Assembly: GCA_965203905.1 (NCBI GenBank)
Contig: CBDBDQ010000005.1
Location: forward strand, 800,001 to 864,000
Source: Spirochaetia bacterium
GTDB taxonomy: Bacteria > Spirochaetota > Spirochaetia > SZUA-6 > Bin103
Reading direction: 5' to 3'
DNA: 64,000 nucleotides
In this document: piece after piece, positions 1-10,094 of the stretch
How the letters are laid out: the number at the start of each line of letters is the position of its first letter
Numbering within the stretch: the first letter of the stretch is position 1
Notes under the pieces: generated by a model
Database searches by the model: none
Seen by the model: only the letters and a program-made list of their open reading frames with translations
What the model was told of the DNA's origin: nothing
Program-made: the position numbers and the translations under genes

Positions 1-2
1 GC

Positions 3-788
3 AAGCATGAGCTGCATCTGTTCGTGAGGGCTGATCCCTACCGGCTATGGGGCCTGATCGAAACCGATCTCCACTTGTTTGGCATCGAGGGCGACGCGCG
101 CATCTACCTGTTCGGAACCGACGAACAAGGGCGTGATCTGCTATCTCGTACGATCTTTGGCGCGCGCCTGTCCCTCACAATCGGCTTGATTGGCATCACC
201 ATATCTTTCCTCCTGGGGGTAACGCTGGGCGCGCTGTCCGGTTATGTGGGGGGCTTGCTCGACATCGTGCTGCAACGGCTCATCGAGATCATCACCTCAG
301 TGCCTACCCTACCGCTGTGGATGGGATTGAGCGCCGCGATTCCGGAAGATTGGCCGATAGAGCGCGTATTCTTCGCCATTGTCATCATCCTTTCGTTTCT
401 TAGTTGGCCTCAGGTCGCCCGCGAGGTCAGAGGCAGATTCCTGGCGCTGCGTGAGGAGACGTTTGTCACCGCGGCGGCATTGGATGGCGTCGGTTCGGTC
501 GGGATCATGTTTCGACACATGATCCCCAGTTTCATGAGTCATATCATCGCGACCGCTACACTGGCGATTCCGGGCATGATCATCGGCGAGACCGCGCTCA
601 GCTTTCTTGGTCTTGGGCTCCATCCACCTGCGATTAGTTGGGGCGTGCTGCTGTATGCTGCACAAAGCATCAAGACGCTCATCTCATTGCCATGGCTGCT
701 GCTGCCCGGCGTCTTTGTCGTTGTCAGTGTACTCGCCTTCAATTTCTTTGGTGATGGACTGCGCGATGCAGCGGATCCCTACAAATAG
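3..788 (+). CDS. ABC transporter permease, DppC/OppC family (5' truncated by window edge)
   Basis: Frame open from window start; GTDEQGRDLLSR motif, EAA-like loop, C-terminal FNFFGDGLRDAADPYK. Confidence 0.93.
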   Translation, partial: KHELHLFVRADPYRLWGLIETDLHLFGIEGDARIYLFGTDEQGRDLLSRTIFGARLSLTIGLIGITISFLLGVTLGALSGYVGGLLDIVLQRLIEIITSVPTLPLWMGLSAAIPEDWPIERVFFAIVIILSFLSWPQVAREVRGRFLALREETFVTAAALDGVGSVGIMFRHMIPSFMSHIIATATLAIPGMIIGETALSFLGLGLHPPAISWGVLLYAAQSIKTLISLPWLLLPGVFVVVSVLAFNFFGDGLRDAADPYK

Positions 789-795
789 GTCCAGC

Positions 796-1797
796 ATGGG
801 TGCCGATTCCCTGCTCGAAATCAAAGCTTTGAGCGTAAATTTCTATACCGATTATGGTATCGTGCGGGCAGTCGATGATATCTCATTCAATATTGGACGC
901 AGCCAAAGCTTGGGACTCGTTGGCGAAAGCGGGTCCGGCAAGTCCGTGACCGCCCGCGCACTGATCAATATCGTGCAGCCGCCAGGGCGCATCGACAGCG
1001 GCGAAGTCTGGTTCCATCATGCGGTCGGATCCCCACCCATGGACCTCCTGAGCCTCAAGCCAAGAGGAGTCGAGATTCGGCAGTACCGGGGTAAACGCAT
1101 CTCGATGATCTTCCAAGATCCCATGTCCTGCCTCAGTCCCGTACACACCGTTGGCTTTCAGATTGCGGAGTCCATCAGGCTTCACTACCCACGCACCAGC
1201 CGTTCGGAAGCCCGGCACAGAGCCGCCGAATTGCTTGATCAGGTTGGTATCCCTGATCCCGTTTCTCGCTTGAAGACGTATCCTTTCGAGCTCAGCGGTG
1301 GCATGCTGCAACGCGCGCTCATCGCGGTCGCGCTGGCCGCTGAACCGGATCTGCTCATTGCCGACGAACCCACGACGGCCATCGATGTCACGATCCAGGC
1401 GGTGTTCCTGGAGCTCCTGAAGCGTCTGCAGCAAGAGCGCCAGATGGCCGTGCTGCTCATCACCCACGATTTGGGCGTGGTGGCGGAAGTCTGCGAGCAG
1501 GTTGCTGTCATGTATCTGGGTAAAGTGGTAGAGATCGGGCCCATCGACGACATCTTCAGCGAGCCGCATCATCCCTACACCCGCATGTTGTTCAAATCGA
1601 TACCAACGCCGGAGGTCCCTCCAAAGAGCAAGCTGGTCACCATGGGTTCGGTGCCGGCCACCTTGTCGCGCCCGCCAGGGTGCTCGTTCAGCGATCGCTG
1701 TCCGGACTTCGTGCCCGGTCAATGCGATGTAGCTGCGCCAGACCTGCGCGCAGTCAAGGACCACCACCAAGTGGCGTGTTTTCTCTACGATGGATGA
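796..1797 (+). CDS. ABC transporter ATP-binding protein, DppD/OppD family
   Basis: ATG at 796; Walker [22 protein letters not shown]-terminal Cys-rich oligo_HPY region. Confidence 0.93.
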   Translation: MGADSLLEIKALSVNFYTDYGIVRAVDDISFNIGRSQSLGLVGESGSGKSVTARALINIVQPPGRIDSGEVWFHHAVGSPPMDLLSLKPRGVEIRQYRGKRISMIFQDPMSCLSPVHTVGFQIAESIRLHYPRTSRSEARHRAAELLDQVGIPDPVSRLKTYPFELSGGMLQRALIAVALAAEPDLLIADEPTTAIDVTIQAVFLELLKRLQQERQMAVLLITHDLGVVAEVCEQVAVMYLGKVVEIGPIDDIFSEPHHPYTRMLFKSIPTPEVPPKSKLVTMGSVPATLSRPPGCSFSDRCPDFVPGQCDVAAPDLRAVKDHHQVACFLYDG

Positions 1798-2791
1798 GCA
1801 CACCATCCTCAGTGTTGCGGATCTCAAAATGTATTTTCCCGTCAAACGGGGCTTCCTGCGCCGCACGGTGGGCTGGGTCCGGGCGGTGGACGGTGTCTCC
1901 TTTCAACTGCAGCAAGGGGAAACACTGGGGCTGGTCGGTGAGAGCGGCTGCGGCAAGACGACCGTCCTTATGTCACTTGTCAGGGTGGTCGATGCGACTG
2001 CCGGCGCCATTCAATATCACGCCAACGGAGATCGGATCAATGTCTTGCAGAGCGATCCCCAATCGCTGAGAAGACTCAGGCAACAAGTGCGGATGGTGTA
2101 CCAGGACCCGGAGTCTTCCATCAATCCCAGATTCAAGATTCGCGACATCGTGGCTGAGCCGCTGCTGGCCTATGGCCTGGTGAGCAGTCGTGCTGAAGCT
2201 TATAGCCGTGTGCGCGAGCTCATGGCACGGGTCGGGCTGGATCAGACCCACATGAATCGCTACCCATTCGCGCTCAGCGGAGGACAGCGACAACGCATCG
2301 GCATAGCACGAGCATTGGCAACCAATCCCCAGATCATTCTGGCCGATGAGCCCACCTCTGCCCTGGACGTGTCGGTGCAAGCCCAGATTCTGAACCTGCT
2401 CCTGCAACTGCAGGCCGAGATGCACCTGACGATGCTCTTCGTCACCCATGACTTGAGCGTCGTCAGACACGTCAGCGATCGCATCGCCGTCATGTACCTC
2501 GGAGAAATCGTTGAGATCGGGCAAACCGGGGCGGTGTTCCACACGCCACGTCACCCCTACACGGAGGCCCTGTTCTCGGTGATCCCACAGCCTGATCGGA
2601 AACGGAAGAAGAAACGGATTCTGCTCAGTGGAGACATACCCGATCCGGCCCGGCGACCGTCCGGGTGTCCTTTCAGGACGCGCTGCCGCTATCGCCAGAG
2701 CTTTTGTGTCACGACCCCGCCCAGCCTGGAACCGGTTCAGGACGACTCACACCTGGTCTCCTGCCACTTCCCGCTCACTCAGGGGAAGTAA
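1790..2791 (+). CDS. ABC transporter ATP-binding protein, DppF/OppF family
   Basis: GESGCGKT, LSGGQRQR, ADEPTSALD, HPYT, GCPFRTRC; overlaps upstream stop. Confidence 0.93.
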   Translation: MDEHTILSVADLKMYFPVKRGFLRRTVGWVRAVDGVSFQLQQGETLGLVGESGCGKTTVLMSLVRVVDATAGAIQYHANGDRINVLQSDPQSLRRLRQQVRMVYQDPESSINPRFKIRDIVAEPLLAYGLVSSRAEAYSRVRELMARVGLDQTHMNRYPFALSGGQRQRIGIARALATNPQIILADEPTSALDVSVQAQILNLLLQLQAEMHLTMLFVTHDLSVVRHVSDRIAVMYLGEIVEIGQTGAVFHTPRHPYTEALFSVIPQPDRKRKKKRILLSGDIPDPARRPSGCPFRTRCRYRQSFCVTTPPSLEPVQDDSHLVSCHFPLTQGK

Positions 2792-2841
2792 CCTGAATGA
2801 CATCGACCTGCCCATCGCCGACCGCCATCTGAAGTCACGAC

Positions 2842-2876
2842 ACCGGAGGTCGACCCGCGCGGGATCGACCCCCGGT
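2842..2876. terminator. GC-rich hairpin between convergent operons, possible bidirectional terminator
   Basis: accgg-aggtcga-cccgc/gcggg-a-tcgacc-cccggt imperfect inverted repeat; no U-tract. Confidence 0.45.
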
Positions 2877-2911
2877 CACGCCGTCACGGCTGACGATCGC
2901 CGTCGACCGGC

Positions 2912-4552
2912 CTACAGCCCGTAGAACTGGTTGTAGCCCTGCTGCCAGATCTCCACCAGGCGGTCGATCTTGAGCTTCCGGAGTTCGGCGACGTAGTCGT
3001 CCCACTCCTCTTCCACGCCGCCCTCGACGATCCAGCGGGCGTAGGTCTTGCTGATGTAGCCGTTGACGTCCGCCATCAGGATCGACAATTCCTCGGTCAG
3101 CTCGTCGGAGAAGTAGGGGCCCGGATTGGGATACTCCTGCGGCGGCATGAAGTCCTCGTAATAGGTGGTGCTCGACTCCTGCTTCATCAGCGCCGCCGGC
3201 TGCCAAATGCGCTGCACGAACGCCAGCGAGTTGGAGTTGCCGGGCGGTGACGAGTTGGCCGGCGAGTACATGTGCTTCCACTCGCCGTAGGACATGCCGG
3301 GCGGGTTCTCGGTGATCCGGTAGATCGGCCGGCCATCGTCGGTGGTGCCCTCTTCCAGCCACTGCTCGCCGGGCAGGCTGGTCGCCCAGTGCATGCCCCA
3401 GTAGGGATCGTAGATGGTGTCGATCCAGCGCATGGTCACCTCGGGGTGCTCGTTGGTGCTGGTGATCGCCAGGTCGCGGGTACGCAACTTGAAGCGGCGC
3501 GTGGTGGGCCACAGGGGCGGCTTGCCGGTATGGGTCTGCAGCGGCCGTAGCGGCTGGTACACCGTGCGCTGCAGGGTCTCCGGATCGTACATCAGCGCCG
3601 TGCCGACGATGTTCTCGCCGTGCCAGTCCATGAACGCGCCGTACAGGGTCGGCTCGCCGCGGCCCTTGGCGATGAACTGCCGGTTGTCCTGGGTGAACAC
3701 CTCGGGGTCGATCAGCCCCTTCTGGTAGATGTCGTGGAACCACTCGATGGCAGCTCTCACCTCGGGCTCGGCGGCCGTGAACATCACCTTGTCGTCGATC
3801 ACCATGCGGTGACTCTGAGCGTCCACCACGCCGAAGATCGACATCAACTGATAGACGTTGCCGCCGCGCAGCCCGAACGGGATCTCGTCGCCGGCATCGC
3901 CATTGCCGTTCATGTCATGGTCGCGAAACCAGGTCAGCGCGGCCTCGAACTGGTCGATGTGGGTGGGAATGTCCATGCCGGCCTGCTCCAGCCAGCCAGT
4001 GTGGATGTTGAGGGTGACCGGGCTGCTCCCGATCCAGCAGCTCCCGCTGTTCGGCAGCGAGTAGATGTTGCCGCTCGGGGTGGTGGCCGCGAGCCTGGCC
4101 TGCGGCACCCGCTCGAACAGCGCGGCGACGTTCGGCGCCCACTCTTCGACCAGGTCATTGAGCGGAATCAGCAGCCCGAGGCCGCCGTACTTCACCTCGT
4201 CTGCCTGGCTGATGATGCCCGGGAAGAACAGGTCCGGCAGATCGCCGCTGGCGAACGCCAGGTTCTTCTTCTGCTGGACCGCGTTGCCCGGCACCACCTG
4301 CCACTCGATGTGGACGTTGGTCAACTCCTCGAACATCTGCGGTACCTTGAGGGCGTTCCAGTTGGTCGGCTCCGACGCCAGATGCGCCTCCCGGCCCATC
4401 ACGGTGAGGGTGACCTGCTCCTGCACCAGGGGCAGTCCGGTGCGGTTCAGGTTGGCCAGCTCCGCCTCCCCGGCGGCGCCCTCCTCATCTCCCGCCGCCC
4501 ACAGCGGCATCAGCACCGCGGTGAGCAGCAACAGCGACACGACGTTTCTCAT
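2912..4552 (-). CDS. Extracellular solute-binding protein of carbohydrate ABC transporter (LplA-like)
   Basis: Signal peptide; NLAFASGDLPD, DMNGNGDAGDEIPF; downstream of two sugar permeases. Confidence 0.9.
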   Translation of the reverse strand: MRNVVSLLLLTAVLMPLWAAGDEEGAAGEAELANLNRTGLPLVQEQVTLTVMGREAHLASEPTNWNALKVPQMFEELTNVHIEWQVVPGNAVQQKKNLAFASGDLPDLFFPGIISQADEVKYGGLGLLIPLNDLVEEWAPNVAALFERVPQARLAATTPSGNIYSLPNSGSCWIGSSPVTLNIHTGWLEQAGMDIPTHIDQFEAALTWFRDHDMNGNGDAGDEIPFGLRGGNVYQLMSIFGVVDAQSHRMVIDDKVMFTAAEPEVRAAIEWFHDIYQKGLIDPEVFTQDNRQFIAKGRGEPTLYGAFMDWHGENIVGTALMYDPETLQRTVYQPLRPLQTHTGKPPLWPTTRRFKLRTRDLAITSTNEHPEVTMRWIDTIYDPYWGMHWATSLPGEQWLEEGTTDDGRPIYRITENPPGMSYGEWKHMYSPANSSPPGNSNSLAFVQRIWQPAALMKQESSTTYYEDFMPPQEYPNPGPYFSDELTEELSILMADVNGYISKTYARWIVEGGVEEEWDDYVAELRKLKIDRLVEIWQQGYNQFYGL

Positions 4553-4632
4553 GGGAACTCCTTACGGTTGATTTGCCGTTCCGGCAATTCGCTGTGGCCA
4601 TGTTATCGAAAAGCCATGCATTGATCGCGCGA

Positions 4633-5538
4633 TCATCCCTTCAGCGCCCCGATCATCACACCCTTGATGAAGTACTTCTGCAGAAACGGGTACAGCAGCA
4701 GCACCGGCACGCTCGCCACCATGATCAGGCCATACTTGATCACCTCGATGATGCGCTGCTGCTCGGCCACCGTGTCGGGATCGGCGGCCTCCATCATCTC
4801 CGCCGCCGACTCGTTCATGATCAGGATGCTCCTGAGCACGAGCTGCAGCGGGTACAGCTCCGGGTCCTTCAGGTAGATCAGCGCCTCGAAGAACGCGTTC
4901 CAGTGTCCCACCCCGTAGAACAGCGCCAGCACGGCGATGATCGCCGGCGAGATGGGAATGACCACGCTCACGAAGAAGCGCAGGTTGGTCGCGCCGTCCA
5001 TGCGCGAGGCGTCGAGCAGGTCCGGCGGGATGGTGGTCTGGAAGAAGGTGCGGGCGATGATCAGGTTCCACACCGCGATCGCGTTGGGGATGATCATCAC
5101 CCAGCGAGTGTTGAGGATGCCGAGGCCGCGGATGATCAGGTAGGTCGGTATCAGGCCGCCGCCGAACAGCAGGGTGAAGGTGAACAGCACCATCACCAGG
5201 TTGCGGCCCCACAGGTCGCGGCGGGACAGCGCGTAGGCGGCGGGAATGGTGGCCAGCAGGTTCACGGTGACGCCGCCGAGGGTGTAGATGGTGGTGTTGA
5301 GGTAGGCGTTCCAGATGCGCGAGTCGCTGAAGATCCGCCGGTAACCCTCGAAGGTGATGCCCTTGGGGATGAGCCACAGGTTGCCGTTGTTGACCAGGTG
5401 CGGATCGCTGAAGGAGGCGATCGCCATGAAATAGAGCGGATAGACCACGGCGAGCAGGATCACGCTCAGAAACACGTAGTTGACGGCGTTGAAGATGCGG
5501 TCGGAGGCGGTGTTGGAGAGCGTGTGCGACGTCACCAT
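4633..5538 (-). CDS. Carbohydrate ABC transporter permease (LplC/MalG-like)
   Basis: FGGGLIPTY, EAA-type DASRMDGA, YPFLQKYFIKGVMIGALKG. Confidence 0.92.
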   Translation of the reverse strand: MVTSHTLSNTASDRIFNAVNYVFLSVILLAVVYPLYFMAIASFSDPHLVNNGNLWLIPKGITFEGYRRIFSDSRIWNAYLNTTIYTLGGVTVNLLATIPAAYALSRRDLWGRNLVMVLFTFTLLFGGGLIPTYLIIRGLGILNTRWVMIIPNAIAVWNLIIARTFFQTTIPPDLLDASRMDGATNLRFFVSVVIPISPAIIAVLALFYGVGHWNAFFEALIYLKDPELYPLQLVLRSILIMNESAAEMMEAADPDTVAEQQRIIEVIKYGLIMVASVPVLLLYPFLQKYFIKGVMIGALKG

Positions 5539-5542
5539 CGTC

Positions 5543-6526
5543 TTACCACAGGCTGGTCCCGCTCAGCCGCCGGGCGATCCGGTTGACGGTGATCAGCAGG
5601 ATCAGGTTGATCACGGCATTGAAGAAGCCGACCGCGGCGGAGAAGCTGTACTGGGCGTTCTCGATGCCCACCTCGTACACGTAGGTGGCGATGATCTCGG
5701 CGGTGTCGGCGTTCAGCGGGTTCTTCATCAGGTACGCCTTCTCGAAGCCGATCGACATCATTCTGCCCATCTCCAGGATCAGCAGGATCACCGCTATCGG
5801 GAGGATGCCGGGGATGTCGATGTGCCTGATGCGCTGCACCTTGGTGGCGCCGTCGACGATCGCCGCCTCGTGCAGCTCGGGGGCCACCGCCGACAGCGCG
5901 GCCAAGTAGATGATGGTGCCCCAGCCCGCGTTCTGCCAGATGTCCGACCATACGTACAGGCTGCGGAAGTAGCCCGCCTTGCCGAAGAAGTAGACCGGCT
6001 CGAGGCCGAGCAGCCCGATGGCGTGGTTTACCAGCCCGGAGCGCGGCGACAGGAAGATGTGCAGCATGCCCACCATCACCACCATGGAGATGAAGTGGGG
6101 GGCGTAGATCGAGGTCTGCACGCTCCTCTTGAAGCGCTGATTGGGCACCTGGTTGAGCAGCAGCGCCAGCATGATCGGGATCGGGAACCCGACCAGGAGC
6201 TGGTACAGGTTGAGCGCCAGGGTGTTGCGGACCACCGTGACGAACATGTAGGAGTCGAAGAAGCGGAAGAAGTGCTTGAGTCCGGCCCACGGGCTGCCCC
6301 ACATGCCCTGCACCGGGTTGAAGTCCCGGAACGAGATCTGCAACCCGTACATCGGCGCGTACTTGAAGATGATCAGGTAGGCCAGGGCCGGCAGCAGCAG
6401 CAGGTAGAGGTCATAGTTGTGCCGGAGCGACTTGACGATGGGGTGGCGTCTGGTCCTGGTGAGCGCCCGGTCGGCGGGTCCGGCAGACACGCCCGCCACC
6501 CTAGGGCGCGCCGCGGCACCTGTCAA
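5543..6526 (-). CDS. Carbohydrate ABC transporter permease (LplB/MalF-like)
   Basis: YAPMYGLQISF, GWGTIIYLAALS, ELHEAAIVDGA; start codon uncertain. Confidence 0.9.
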   Translation of the reverse strand: MTGAAARPRVAGVSAGPADRALTRTRRHPIVKSLRHNYDLYLLLLPALAYLIIFKYAPMYGLQISFRDFNPVQGMWGSPWAGLKHFFRFFDSYMFVTVVRNTLALNLYQLLVGFPIPIMLALLLNQVPNQRFKRSVQTSIYAPHFISMVVMVGMLHIFLSPRSGLVNHAIGLLGLEPVYFFGKAGYFRSLYVWSDIWQNAGWGTIIYLAALSAVAPELHEAAIVDGATKVQRIRHIDIPGILPIAVILLILEMGRMMSIGFEKAYLMKNPLNADTAEIIATYVYEVGIENAQYSFSAAVGFFNAVINLILLITVNRIARRLSGTSLW

Positions 6527-6599
6527 CGCAACGCCGCGGCTACGCGGCTACCTGCCCCCGCTGCCTCGTTGAGTGTTGGATGGCGTTGGAACTGTAGGC

Positions 6600-7002
6600 A
6601 TGGGTCACGTATTTGCCGAACTGGAATTGAGCAATCCGAGGCGCACGGATTTCGTCCCGGTGCGGGTGAACGCGCTCGTGGATACGGGGGCGCTGATGCT
6701 GTGCATCCCGGAGCATGTTGCCCGCCAACTCGACCTGCGGACGGAATCGGAGCGAGAGGTGTCGGGTAGCCGATAGCCGTAAGGCGACCGTGCCTTACGT
6801 GGGCCCGGTGAAGGTCGCCTACGCCAAGCGGTTCTGCTACGTCGGCGCGCTGGTGCTCGCCGACGAGGTGTTGTTGGGCTCGGTTCCCATGGAAGACATG
6901 GACCTGGTCGTGAGTCCCGGTCGCCGGCAGCTTACGGTCGATCCGGCCAGTCCCAACATCCCCCACGCCCGCGTCAAGCCCGCCCATCATGCTACGAGGT
7001 GA
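6600..7002 (+). pseudogene. Clan AA aspartic protease (retropepsin-like), frameshifted at about 6763
   Basis: ALVDTGA in first frame; VLLGSVPMEDMDLVV…PNIP in second frame; removing one G from tcgggtagcc joins them (may be a sequencing error). Confidence 0.8.
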
Positions 7003-7069
7003 AACCGCCGCAGGGCCGCTGTTCTCAGAGCCCGTGGCAACTGCTCCGGGTCGCCGACAGGGTACGAAT

Positions 7070-7546
7070 CTAACCGCCGCGCCCGCGTTCATTCCAGTAC
7101 TCGCGGAACGAACGAAGCCGCGGCAGTGTCTCACGATCCTTTGCCCGGTTCGAAGCAACCTTGCTGGCGATGATGTCGTCCAGCGAGCAGACCGGAAACC
7201 CCTCGACATCGACACGTCGCCGGAACGCATCCTGGAATCTCTCGATGCCATCGGGCGCGAACACGAGATCCAGATCGAACGGACCGTTCTTGAGTTGAAC
7301 GAAGTCCTTGCCGCGGACGATCTCCTCTGCCTGATCGCCGGTCACCGCGAACCCGAGTTCGCGGAGCGCACCCACCATGGCCCGGCCGTTGGCGGCACTC
7401 TTCTCGACGAACAGATCGGCATCCTGAGTCGTATCGGGGAAACCGAGAAGGATTGCGCCCGACTTGCCTATGAACAGGTATCGGACGCCATGGCGTTCCA
7501 GGACGTCCCGTATCTCCTCAGCTTGCCGGTACTCGAACGCGGCCAT
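7070..7546 (-). CDS. Nucleotidyltransferase-fold protein
   Basis: YLFIGKSGAILLG…TQDADL and IIASKVASNRAKD motifs typical of standalone DNA-pol-beta-like NTases. Confidence 0.75.
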   Translation of the reverse strand: MAAFEYRQAEEIRDVLERHGVRYLFIGKSGAILLGFPDTTQDADLFVEKSAANGRAMVGALRELGFAVTGDQAEEIVRGKDFVQLKNGPFDLDLVFAPDGIERFQDAFRRRVDVEGFPVCSLDDIIASKVASNRAKDRETLPRLRSFREYWNERGRGG

Positions 7547-7736
7547 AGCCCAGCCAGTCAGGCAGTTCCCGCTCGCACCACTGACGATATTCCTCCATGG
7601 AGTCGAACGATCGGTATTCCGCGTCGTCCAGCACCGGCTTGTAGGTTCGGATGAAGGAGTAGCGCCACCGCACCGCAAGCGGCCGGCGCGCGGCAGCCTC
7701 GAATTCCGCCAACAAAGCTGGGTCGATGCGCCCCAC
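7518..7736 (-). CDS. Small hypothetical protein, partner of the nucleotidyltransferase
   Basis: About 72 aa with protein-like composition (RSFDSMEEYRQWCERELPDWLGY); overlaps the NTase start; GTG start assumed. Confidence 0.6.
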   Translation of the reverse strand: MGRIDPALLAEFEAAARRPLAVRWRYSFIRTYKPVLDDAEYRSFDSMEEYRQWCERELPDWLGYGRVRVPAS

Positions 7737-7876
7737 GGCACCAATGTAGGCCGAGTTGATCAACCGCGCCAAGCACTTGTCGCCACCGGGGGCCACCGGG
7801 GCGAACTGGGGGATTGACTGGACAGCCGTCCACTGGCAAGCATGACTCGGCACCGTGACACAATGGAGGCATTGCT

Positions 7877-8131
7877 ATGAGTCAGATCACGCTGCGAGAC
7901 GTCCCTCAGGAATTGGATCACCGACTGCGCGAGCTGGCGCGGGCGCGGAACAGGAGCCTGAATAGAACCATCATCCAGGTCCTGATGGAGTCGCTCCATC
8001 TCGGAGACGGGAAGGATCGGAAACGTGACGTGTCCGATCTTGCCGGAACGTGGAGCGATGAAGACGCGCAGGAGTTCGAAGCCAACATGCGGGTGTTCGG
8101 GCAAGTCGACGACGAGATCTGGAAGAAGTGA
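7877..8131 (+). CDS. FitA/VapB-like ribbon-helix-helix antitoxin
   Basis: MSQITLRDVPQELDHRLRELARARNRSLN; GGAGG RBS; GTGA overlap with PIN toxin. Confidence 0.85.
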   Translation: MSQITLRDVPQELDHRLRELARARNRSLNRTIIQVLMESLHLGDGKDRKRDVSDLAGTWSDEDAQEFEANMRVFGQVDDEIWKK

Positions 8132-8523
8132 GAATCTGCCTGGACACCAACGCCTACTCGGCGTTCAAGCGCGGGGATCCGGACATCGTCGACCTCGTCG
8201 AGACCGCTGACGAGGTGGCCGTCCCGAGCATGGTCCTCGGCGAACTGTTCGCCGGCTTCCGCATGGGGTCGCGTACGCGCAGTAACGTCGCCGAACTGGA
8301 GGAGTTCCTGCGCCGACCAGGCGTGTCCGTCGCCGCGGTCACCAAGGCTGCGTCCGAGCGTTACGGCATGTTGGTCAGCCGGCTCAGGCAGCAGGGCACA
8401 CCGCTACCCACGAACGACATATGGATCGCGGCCGTCGCTCTGGAACGGGGCGCGCAACTCGTCACGATGGACGCTCACTTCGACAACATTCCCGGTGTCT
8501 TTGCCACCGGATCGGAGCAGTGA
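8128..8523 (+). CDS. vapC: VapC family PIN-domain toxin
   Basis: LDTNAYS, GEL, PTNDIWIAA, LVTMDAHF. Confidence 0.9.
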   Translation: MRICLDTNAYSAFKRGDPDIVDLVETADEVAVPSMVLGELFAGFRMGSRTRSNVAELEEFLRRPGVSVAAVTKAASERYGMLVSRLRQQGTPLPTNDIWIAAVALERGAQLVTMDAHFDNIPGVFATGSEQ

Positions 8524-10049
8524 TGGCGCACGGCCAACCCAACGTGGTGTTCATCCTGGCCGACGACCTGGGGTGGTGCGACCTCGGCATCGAGGGTAGC
8601 CGCTTCTACGGGAGCCCGCATCTCGACCGCCTGGCCCGCGGCGGGATGCGCTTCACCCAGGGCTACGCCGCCTGCCAAGTGTGCAGCCCATCGCGTGCCA
8701 GCATCCTGACCGGCAAGTACCCGCCGCGCCACGGGATTACCGATTGGATCGGCGCCCCTTCCGGCGCCGCGTGGCGTGAGTTCGGGCGGCACAGCAAGCT
8801 GTTGCCTGCCGAATACGAATGGAGCCTGCGAGCGGACGAGGTGACCTTTGCGGAGGTGTTCCGCAGGGCCGGCTACCGCACCTTCTTCGCCGGCAAGTGG
8901 CACCTCGGCGACACCGGCGCCGATCCCGAGGATTTCGGCTTCGAGATCAACAAGGGTGGCTGGAAGATGGGCTCGCCGATGGGCGGCTACTTCGCCCCGT
9001 GGGACAACCCGAAGCTGGAGCCGGGGCCCGCCGGCGAGTCGCTGCCGTTGCGCCTGGGCAGGGAGACCGTACGGTTCATTGGCGACAATCGCGACCTGCC
9101 GTTTCTCGCCTATCTCTCCTTCTACTCCGTGCACGGGCCGATCCAGACCAGCCGCGACCGCTGGGAGCGGTTCCGCGCCAAGGCTGTCTCCATGGGGGCC
9201 ACGCGGCAACGGCGCCGGTTCCGGTTCGACGGCAGCCGGCCGGTGCGGCTGGTGGAGGACTGCCCCATATATGCCGGCATGATCGAGGCGATGGACGAGG
9301 CGGTGGGCTTGGTGCTCGACGCCCTGGAGCGGTTCGGGCTGGCCGAGAACACGATCGTCTGCTTCACCTCCGACAACGGTGGAGCCGCCACCGGTGATGC
9401 CTTCTCGGCGTCGATGCTGCCCCTGCGCGGCGGCAAGGGACGCCAGTGGGAGGGCGGCATCCGCGAGCCGCTGTACGTCCGCTTTCCCGGCGTGGTGGAG
9501 CCCGGAACCACTTGCGAGGTACCGGTCTCGGGCATCGACTTCTACCCCACGCTCCTGGAACTGGCCGGTCTGGAGGTGCCGACCGAGCAGGTGATAGACG
9601 GCCGCAGCATGGTCCCGCTGCTGCGCGGCCGACACGACCCGGCCATCTCCGAACGCGATCTGTTCTGGCACTACCCCCACTACGGCAACCAGGGCGGCGA
9701 TCCCTCATCGATGATCAGGCACGGCCCCTGGAAGCTGATTCACTACCACGAGGACGGCCACCGCGAGCTGTACCACCTGGACACCGATCCGGGAGAGCGG
9801 CATGACGTGCGGAGCGAGCGGCAAGCCACCGTCGTCGACCTGTGGCTTCGCCTGCAGCGCTGGCTCGACGAAACAGGCGCGAAGTTGCCGGCACCCGACC
9901 CGCAGTACGATGCGGCCGGGGAGCAGGCGTTCCTGCACCAGTTCGAGCACGAGAGGGTGCCCGAGTTGGAGGCGCTGCACGCCGCCTACCTCGACCCCGA
10001 CTGGCAACCCAACGCCGACTGGTGGGGCAGCCAGATAATCGCCGATTAG
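8523..10049 (+). CDS. Sulfatase (formylglycine-dependent)
   Basis: PNVVFILADDLG, CSPSRASILTG, GKWHLG, FTSDNGG; ATG overlaps vapC stop. Confidence 0.93.
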   Translation: MAHGQPNVVFILADDLGWCDLGIEGSRFYGSPHLDRLARGGMRFTQGYAACQVCSPSRASILTGKYPPRHGITDWIGAPSGAAWREFGRHSKLLPAEYEWSLRADEVTFAEVFRRAGYRTFFAGKWHLGDTGADPEDFGFEINKGGWKMGSPMGGYFAPWDNPKLEPGPAGESLPLRLGRETVRFIGDNRDLPFLAYLSFYSVHGPIQTSRDRWERFRAKAVSMGATRQRRRFRFDGSRPVRLVEDCPIYAGMIEAMDEAVGLVLDALERFGLAENTIVCFTSDNGGAATGDAFSASMLPLRGGKGRQWEGGIREPLYVRFPGVVEPGTTCEVPVSGIDFYPTLLELAGLEVPTEQVIDGRSMVPLLRGRHDPAISERDLFWHYPHYGNQGGDPSSMIRHGPWKLIHYHEDGHRELYHLDTDPGERHDVRSERQATVVDLWLRLQRWLDETGAKLPAPDPQYDAAGEQAFLHQFEHERVPELEALHAAYLDPDWQPNADWWGSQIIAD

Positions 10050-10094
10050 CATCACTGCCCTTCGGGTGCGGTACGATGTGATCAGGGGAACCTG

